A stretch of 64,000 nucleotides of DNA from positions 321,036,001-321,100,000 of the forward strand of contig OZ024743.1 of assembly GCA_964016885.1 (NCBI GenBank), in the 5' to 3' direction. This stretch comes from Eledone cirrhosa (Eukaryota). The notes below the pieces were generated by a model, which was not told where the DNA came from, made no database searches, and was given only the letters and a program-made list of their open reading frames with translations. Positions within the stretch are counted from its first letter, which is position 1; each line of letters opens with the position of its first letter. Shown here in pieces: positions 55,212 through 64,000 of this stretch. The position numbers and the translations under genes are program-made.

Positions 55212-58200
55212 AGATGTCTGTGTTATGTTTACCCCCGAAATTTGCGACATTCAAGAAGGTAAATATGATTAGTTGTCTGTCAGAAATAGAAAAATCATTT
55301 ACAAAACTACGCTGGAGACTCAAAAACAAAAACAAAAGCAACAATATACGCACACACATATACAACACACATCCCAACAACAACAGACACACAGACACAA
55401 ACAACAATAACAACAACACACACACCAACAACAACAACAATAACAACATACCCAGAAACAACAACAACAACAACAGACACGCAGACACAAACAACAATAA
55501 CAACACACACAACAACAATAACACACACGGAGACAACAACAACACACATCAACAACAGCACACATCAACAACAACAACACACACGCATTCAATGCCTCTC
55601 ACCACCACCACAATCTTAACACACACACAGACACAGAAAACAAGTAATGACAGTAGCACAGAAATCACAGAAATAAGGGAAAGTAATAGGATTAAAAGGA
55701 GAAGGGAGACTAAGGACAAAGAGAATAACCAAGACGAACACACAGACGCACTAAATAGGGTAGATAACAACAATGAGCCAGTGGAAAGAGACAGGAGTAA
55801 TTATGAGAGACATAGGAACAACCATGAGGTGGAAATAGAAATAGAAACAACACAACTAACAATAACAATAGCACAATACACATAAAGCAGCAGCCTGGAA
55901 CTCTACGTTTTATAATCCCTCCGATAAATCATTCGACCTGCGACGAGTCCACGCCACGACTTTACCATTTAACAAACGCACACAATTGTCGTCGTAGGTC
56001 GATGAACAAACAGAAGCACAATTTAGTATAGCTAGATCCGAAATTAGAAATATTATAGAACAGTATAGCAAGAAGCATAATAGAATGGAGGCCCAGCAAC
56101 TGGGAGAAAAATCTGCAAATGGCTTGCGTAAGCTCATGCAGCGCTCACGTAATGGAGAGATAGTATGCTTTCCAACAGACAAGTCTGGCAGAATGTCGGT
56201 TGACAGCCTGCCAAACTACATCCAGGCAATGCAACCCCACATCACTAACACAAGAGAGGTAACACCACAGGAGCATGAGGATAGAGAAAAAGCCCTCAAT
56301 ACCCATATGGTGATGTGGACGAATATAATGCATCTCAACAAAAGGACTGCCAACAACTTCCAGGCCTGGAACAATGACGTGCCGGCGTTGTATGGGCTTC
56401 GAAAAGACCATAAAACGGGCTGTGACCCTGTCGCGGGACCACCAACACGGCCAGTCTGTGGAGCTAACATTGCTAGTAACTACAGACTGTCCTACTTCCT
56501 CTCGCTGATCATACGCCCCATCATTGAAATGTCCCCAGATGTATGTGACAGCACGGAGGACCTCCTCAGCATAATCGGCGTGAGTAACCGATCTGGGGAC
56601 CTAACAAACGACATAATAGGCAGTATGGATGTTGTGTCCCTGTATCCATCTATCGACGTCGATTTTGCTGTGGAGAAATGCGTAGAAATGATCAGTGGGA
56701 GCAAGGTTGAGTTCCGTGGGATTGATACCAGTGAGCTGGGACTCCTACTTAAGCTTACCTATAGTAATAATTACCTAGACACATATGACCTTAGCAACCT
56801 GTGCCCTACAAAACCAGCAAGAGGCAGACCACCTACCATTACCTCAATGGCCAAGAAAACCCACACAGATAGATGGAACGGGTGGACCAGAGCCATACGG
56901 ACACCCGAAAACCACGATGAACTGAAGAAAATGATTGCACATGCGGTAGGGGCCAGCATAAAACTAACCCTTAAGGAACATATGTTCAAATTTAATGGAA
57001 AAACATATGCCCAAGAGGAAGGAGCAGCCATTGGTGTTAGCATTGCAGGCAACATAGCTAACTTATTCATGGTATTGTGGGACAGTAGAGTTAAACTTAA
57101 ACTTAAAGAACAATTAGAAGACCCCTTAACCCTGATAATGTACTCCCGCTACGTAGATGATATAAACATCGTAGTTAAGACACCCCCACTAGAGAACAGT
57201 CAGGAACTAGAGAAAAACACAATGGAAAGCATCCAGCAAATAGCAAACTCCATCCACCAGAGCATTAGAGTTACTATAGACTACCCAAGTAAGCACTCCA
57301 ACCATCGATTACCTGTACTAGACACAGAGCTCTGGTTAGATACCATTAACAACAAAAAACAAATCCTCCATTCCCATTATGCCAAACCCATGACCATTAT
57401 ACCAAACCCTGATCCACCGAAACTCGGCCATTTCGGACCATACCAAAATCAACATACTGATTGCGGATTTGGTACGGGTGATGAGAAATGTGTCCCGCAT
57501 GTGCAACCCCGAAGAACTAGAGAGACACATACAACACTTCATCCACCGTATGCAGTTCTCTGGCTACAATCAGAGAGATAAAATCAGAGTGTATAGAGGA
57601 GTCTAAACCAAATGGGAAAAAATGGTAAATAATGGCATAAACGGGACCTGCCCCTTGTATAGGAGCAAATTTTGGAATAGAATAGAAAGAACTAGGAACA
57701 AGGCTAATAGAATAAACTCATGGTATGATAGCAATAAATACCAGAGTGTAATGTTCATCGATACAACCCATAGAGGTGAATTAGCTTACAAATTGAGAAG
57801 GGCCCTAAATAAACATAAACTCAATATTAAGATAGTAGAAAGACCAGGTACCTCCGTAAAAACACTTATTAGCAAGACATACCCTTTTCAAAGACCCTCA
57901 TGTATAGATAAGAAATGTATAACCTGTAAAATAAGCCCCCATATTAACTGTAAAACTAGAAATGTAGTGTATAGCATAAGATGTACTGAAGGACAATGTA
58001 GAGACAAAAATATAGTGTACATAGGTGAGATAGCTCGTAGTGTAGGGGAACGGATAAATGAACACTGGCGAGACCTTCAAGATAATAAAGAATCATCTGT
58101 ACTCTACCAACATGCAAAAACAGACACAAGGGTAAATTAGAGAACATAGAAATAAAAATAGAATCTACACACAGAAAAGACGCAATGTTTAGACAAATTA

Positions 58201-58283
58201 CAGAGGCAATAAACATAAAAGAATTACAACCAAAATTAAATAGAAAATATGAGTGGAACAGCAACATCACAACTTACAATTAA
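55212..58283 (+). pseudogene. Frameshifted RT + GIY-YIG ORF
   Basis: TDKSGR, RKDHK, RPVCG, GSMDVVSLYPSI, QEEGAAIG, YSRYVDD, LPVLD, CIDKKCITC, NVVYSIRC..YIGE, spread over several frames. Confidence 0.9.
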
Positions 58284-58483
58284 GGACAAAATAAAAACAC
58301 ACACACACATAGAACAAACAACCAACCAGTAACATGTAAATAAACAAATAAATAAATGAACATAAACACACACAGACACCCGGATGTGGCGCATGCGCAG
58401 ACTGAGCACACAACACACACACAGAAACAAAATGGCGTAGGACAGAACAAAGGAGAGGCACAGAAACAAAGAAAGGAATCCCC

Positions 58484-58528
58484 AGTCACTGAAGAGGTCA
58501 CAGAGTGTGTGACGAAAGAACTATGACT
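58484..58528 (+). ncRNA. Minimal type-I hammerhead (inverted twin at 55090-55134)
   Basis: agtca CTGAAGA g gtcaca gagtg tgtgac GAAA gaac TA tgact. Confidence 0.85.
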
Positions 58529-58738
58529 ATATATAAACAACTATCTGGTTGTGGAACCAACCAACCAACCAGAAATTTATAAATTTATAAACTTATAAAT
58601 TTATAAATATATAATAAATTGAAGTGAAAGCAACTGGTGCGTGTGTTTCTTATTGGCAACATGGCCCTCCCAAAGTATAACAATATCGGTTTCAATACAC
58701 GATTTCAGATAAAGAATGTTGCTAAACAAATTCAGAAA

Positions 58739-58772
<34 letters not shown>

Positions 58773-58916
58773 GTTTATATATATATGTATATATATATAT
58801 ATACCGATATATATATATATATACGTATATATCTATATGTATATATATATATATACGTATATATATATATATATATATATATATACGTATATATATATAT
58901 GTATTTATATATATAC

Positions 58917-59002
<86 letters not shown>

Positions 59003-60660
59003 ATATGGCTAGGCAGACTATCATTGAATTCAACGCAGCACTCTGGACTAGAAAAGATAGAACAGACAACTTTGACATCACGATGGGCTCAAGTGACTCT
59101 GCGCAAATCACCGATTTAGTTGGAATTTACCTATTACATAACATCAGAGCCGAAATCCAACCCTTGCAAGGCGGAATATACAGGGACGACGCTCTATTTG
59201 CAGTACACAATTGCACTAATCGGTGCATTGATTTGCTAAAAAAACAATTACATATATTCTTTAAAAATAACGGTCTCTCTATCACCATCGAACCGAACCA
59301 TAATGTAATAAACTTCCTAGACGTCACCTTGGATCTCAACAATAACCTATATTACCCTTACCATAAATCAGGTGAAATACTCACATATATTAGCCCACAC
59401 TCTAACCACCCACCGGCAGTCATCAGAGCAGTAATGGAATCTATCTCGTAGAGGATCTCAATGCTATCAGCAAATGAGGAGTTATTTACAAACCATGCAC
59501 AATATTATCATAAGGCTCTTTCTGAATCTGGTTATGAACAATCAATTTATTACATACCTAAATGCCATAACACAGCAATTCACCATAATACACTTAACAC
59601 TTACACTAGAAATGCCTTAGCATATAGCCAGATTCGCTATACAGGGAAGTTTAATGGTGGCAGCGGCCTGCTCCCCACTCCAAGTAGCAAACTAAAAATC
59701 AACCCTAGAATAGGAATGAGAAATGGGATGACAAATAACAAATCCCCGGGTAATAATAACCCTAGGAAGGCTCCTACCAACTCCACTAGAACCCCTAGAA
59801 GGAATAGACCTAGAAATATCACCTGGCTTAACCCCCCCATCCTCATCTAATCTAGCCACTAATATCCCTAAACGCTTCTTCTCTATACTATCTAAACATT
59901 CCCCTCCCCCCAACCATATATATTACAAACTCTTTAATAAAAATAACATTAAAATCTCATTCTCCACAACACCTAACCTAGCTAGCCACATCGCATTCAG
60001 TAACCATCATAAACTAAGACAGTATAACTCCCACACCGCGGTACCACCACCCCTATCAAATACACCACGCCACTACACTAATAATTACTCTAGTAGCACA
60101 CCTCCCCCATCTAATTCTTCTAGCACTGACCTACCGTTTAGGTTAAACTACTCTACTCTCACTAATCGAAGTAGCAACTGCAACTGCCGTTACCCTAATG
60201 CATGCCCATTAAATGGACACTGCCTGACACCCAACATAGTCTATAGGTTCACGGTTAAAACTGCTTCGAATACCAGCTCTTATATCGGGTATACCTCTAA
60301 CCCTTTTAAGGTACGCTATAACGCGCACTCTTTTTCCTTCCGAAACTATAGCAACAGATGTTCGACATCGCTAGCTAGGCTCATTAAAAACCTTAAATTA
60401 AGCAACGTTAAACACTCACTAAAATGGGATATCGTGGCTAGGGCCCAACCGTTCAATGGACGAAGAAAATCGTGTGATCTCTGTATTACAGAAGCATATT
60501 ATATAACTCTATCACGACCTCTACCGATTAACGATAGAACAGAGGTAACTATTAGCTGTCAACATCGAAGGGCTAATTCTTCGCCAATAGAATATTTGAC
60601 CCATCTTAGTCATCTAGCCTCATTTTTACTTGTAGCTAATAAGTTAAATAGCTATGACTA
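59003..60660 (+). mobile_element. 5'-truncated degraded PLE (Hydra-like)
   Basis: [62 protein letters not shown]. Confidence 0.88.
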
Positions 60661-61435
60661 ACTTAGATAATTATAAGTTACCTCCCCTACATTGTCTCTC
60701 AATTAAAAAATTTAAAAATTAGCATTTAACTATAAACTACCCACAATTTCTAATCTATCGAGGAGTTACTTCCCCTGAAACCACCTTCTTATTAGTAAGG
60801 TAAATATGTCCTTTGGCAGCTATCTTGTTACCCATAGGCAGATCTCACACAATGCAGCCTTTACAGATGAATACTGCTTGATTATGGCTGACAACTGATG
60901 CAACCAAGACATCATAGTGAAAAACAAATATATAGAACATTATATTATGTAACATTCTCTCCTTTTTATAATTTATATTCCTTTGAAGTTCCGATGAGCC
61001 GCTCTGTTTTTTAAATATGTTAATTATTTTCAACTGAACCAGATCAATTATGATATATAGTCATCTGATTCAGAAATATGATATGGAGTAGCGAAACAAT
61101 TGTAAACAGAAATTATTATTATTAATATTATTATTATTATTATTCTCTACATTCCTTACATCAAACTAAAATATGTTGACAATCTTTTAATAATGTCTTC
61201 CTTGTAAAATTTGTGGTCTTGCTTTGCTTAACTAATGAATATTTCCAGCTCTGCGCACCTAACTTCTGCATGAACCCAGCCACCTAGCTGTTTTCTACTG
61301 CATATTGCACATTGAGCACATGCCTTTACGCTTTGGCTTCTAACTAATTCACCAATCTCTCCTCTCATATCTCCATCTCTCTCTTTAACATTAGTTACTC
61401 TTGAACTATGTATACGTATATATATATATATATAC

Positions 61436-61496
<61 letters not shown>

Positions 61497-61499
<3 letters not shown>

Positions 61500-64000
61500 T
61501 GGAATAAATGCTCTGAAATAGCGATATATATGTGAATATAGACATAGAATATTCGAAAATATTCTGTATGTTTATAATAAACATTTTGAAGACCTAATCG
61601 CTATAGAATAGAATACGTCACGTATTACAATTAGATTCTCGATAAAAGCAAGGGAAGTAATCTACGCGTTTCATTCTTGTTAGAAATCATCAGGACTACA
61701 TATCCAGTGCTTTTATCGAGAATGACACAGCTAGAGACTTATAGAATACTTAGCTGTGTACAGGAACTGGTTTGAAAGAGCGGTTGCCGGTCCGGCAGAA
61801 ATTAGAAATTGGAATAAATGCTCTGAAATAGCGGTATATATGTGAATATAGACATAGAATATTCGAAAATATTCTGTATGTTTATAATAAACATTTTGAA
61901 GACCTAATCGCTATAGAATAGAATACGTCACGTATTACAATTAGATTCTCGATAAAAGCAAGGGAAGTAATCTACGCGTTTCATTCTTGTTAGAAATCAT
62001 CAGGACTACATATCCAGTGCTTTTATCGAGAATGACACAGCTAGAGACTTATAGAATACTTAGCTGTGTACAGGAACTGGTTTGAAAGAGCGGTTGCCGG
62101 TCCGGCAGAAATTAGAAATTGGAATAAATGCTCTGAAATAGCGATATATATGTGAATATAGACATAGAATATTCGAAAATATTCTGTATGTTTATAATAA
62201 ACATTTTGAAGACCTAATCGCTATAGAATAGAATACGTCACGTATTACAATTAGATTCTCGATAAAAGCAAGGGAAGTAATCTACGCGTTTCATTCTTGT
62301 TAGAAATCATCAGGACTACATATCCAGTGCTTTTATCGAGAATGACACAGCTAGAGACTTATAGAATACTTAGCTGTGTACAGGAACTGGTTTGAAAGAG
62401 CGGTTGCCGGTCCGGCAGAAATTAGAAATTGGAATAAATGCTCTGAAATAGCGATATATATGTGAATATAGACATAGAATATTCGAAAATATTCTGTATG
62501 TTTATAATAAACATTTTGAAGACCTAATCGCTATAGAATAGAATACGTCACGTATTACAATTAGATTCTCGATAAAAGCAAGGGAAGTAATCTACGCGTT
62601 TCATTCTTGTTAGAAATCATCAGGACTACATATCCAGTGCTTTTATCGAGAATGACACAGCTAGAGACTTATAGAATACTTAGCTGTGTACAGGAACTGG
62701 TTTGAAAGAGCGGTTGCCGGTCCGGCAGAAATTAGAAATTGGAATAAATGCTCTGAAATAGCGATATATATGTGAATATAGACATAGAATATTCGAAAAT
62801 ATTCTGTATGTTTATAATAAACATTTTGAAGACCTAATCGCTATAGAATAGAATACGTCACGTATTACAATTAGATTCTCGATAAAAGCAAGGGAAGTAA
62901 TCTACGCGTTTCATTCTTGTTAGAAATCATCAGGACTACATATCCAGTGCTTTTATCGAGAATGACACAGCTAGAGACTTATAGAATACTTAGCTGTGTA
63001 CAGGAACTGGTTTGAAAGAGCGGTTGCCGGTCCGGCAGAAATTAGAAATTGGAATATTTTCGAATATTCTATGTCTATATTCACATATATATCGCTATTT
63101 CAGAGCATTTATTCCAATTTCTAATTTCTGCCGGACCGGCAACCGCTCTTTCAAACCAGTTCCTGTACACAGCTAAGTATTCTATAAGTCTCTAGCTGTG
63201 TCATTCTCGATAAAAGCACTGGATATGTAGTCCTGATGATTTCTAACAAGAATGAAACGCGTAGATTACTTCCCTTGCTTTTATCGAGAATCTAATTGTA
63301 ATACGTGACGTATTCTATTCTATAGCGATTAGGTCTTCAAAATGTTTATTATAAACATACAGAATATTTTCGAATATTCTATGTCTATATTCACATATAT
63401 ATCGCTATTTCAGAGCATTTATTCCAATTTCTAATTTCTGCCGGACCGGCAACCGCTCTTTCAAACCAGTTCCTGTACACAGCTAAGTATTCTATAAGTC
63501 TCTAGCTGTGTCATTCTCGATAAAAGCACTGGATATGTAGTCCTGATGATTTCTAACAAGAATGAAACGCGTAGATTACTTCCCTTGCTTTTATCGAGAA
63601 TCTAATTGTAATACGTGACGTATTCTATTCTATAGCGATTAGGTCTTCAAAATGTTTATTATAAACATACAGAATATTTTCGAATATTCTATGTCTATAT
63701 TCACATATATATCGCTATTTCAGAGCATTTATTCCAATTTCTAATTTCTGCCGGACCGGCAACCGCTCTTTCAAACCAGTTCCTGTACACAGCTAAGTAT
63801 TCTATAAGTCTCTAGCTGTGTCATTCTCGATAAAAGCACTGGATATGTAGTCCTGATGATTTCTAACAAGAATGAAACGCGTAGATTACTTCCCTTGCTT
63901 TTATCGAGAATCTAATTGTAATACGTGACGTATTCTATTCTATAGCGATTAGGTCTTCAAAATGTTTATTATAAACATACAGAATATTTTCGAATATTCT
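61497..64000. repeat. Palindromic tandem array of a 310-bp hammerhead-containing unit (retrozyme-like): 5 copies, then about 3 inverted copies running off the window
   Basis: ggaataaatg at 61501, 61811, 62121, 62431 and 62741; flip at about 63052; starts at a (TA)n tract. Confidence 0.97.
63227..63269 (+). ncRNA. Minimal type-I hammerhead (also 63537 and 63847 on +; 61657, 61967, 62277, 62587 and 62897 on -)
   Basis: gtagtc CTGATGA t ttct aaca agaa t GAAA cgcg TA gattac; stem I extended by ttctcgataaaagca/tgcttttatcgagaa (63204-63290). Confidence 0.9.

Larger units (their letters stand above)
54933..58740 (+). mobile_element. PLE (YVDD type, possibly Nematis-like) with inverted 5' pLTR; frameshifted
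   Basis: 54933-55211 is the reverse complement of about 58407-58686; both ends lie in (TA)n. Confidence 0.92.

Overview
Eukaryotic, AT-rich, repeat-saturated DNA with no recognisable host gene. The SINE fragments and dense (TA)n/(CA)n tracts suggest an octopus/cephalopod genome (inference from recalled consensus, not searched). The window is a stack of Penelope-like retroelements (PLEs: RT plus C-terminal GIY-YIG endonuclease) of at least three types, mostly inserted in (TA)n. One copy (50863-54258) has a nearly intact 696-aa ORF. About 30 type-I hammerhead ribozyme (HHR) motifs can be read by eye, including U3-A8 core variants. The most striking structures are non-coding tandem arrays (units of 310, 428, 455 and 485 bp) whose two arms face opposite ways, with sense 3' ends pointing outward into (TA)n. 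Three carry one HHR per unit (retrozyme-like). The 455-bp unit has no HHR but starts at the cleavage site predicted from a homologous pLTR at 1101-1290. The same 3'-ends-outward layout recurs about ten times, from about 90 bp to 5.7 kb, suggesting double-ended priming at (TA)n and possibly rolling-circle reverse transcription. Also present: Helitron helicase remnant, RTE-type LINE fragments, SINEs and a 39-bp minisatellite. Boundaries are read by eye and approximate; clade names are provisional.
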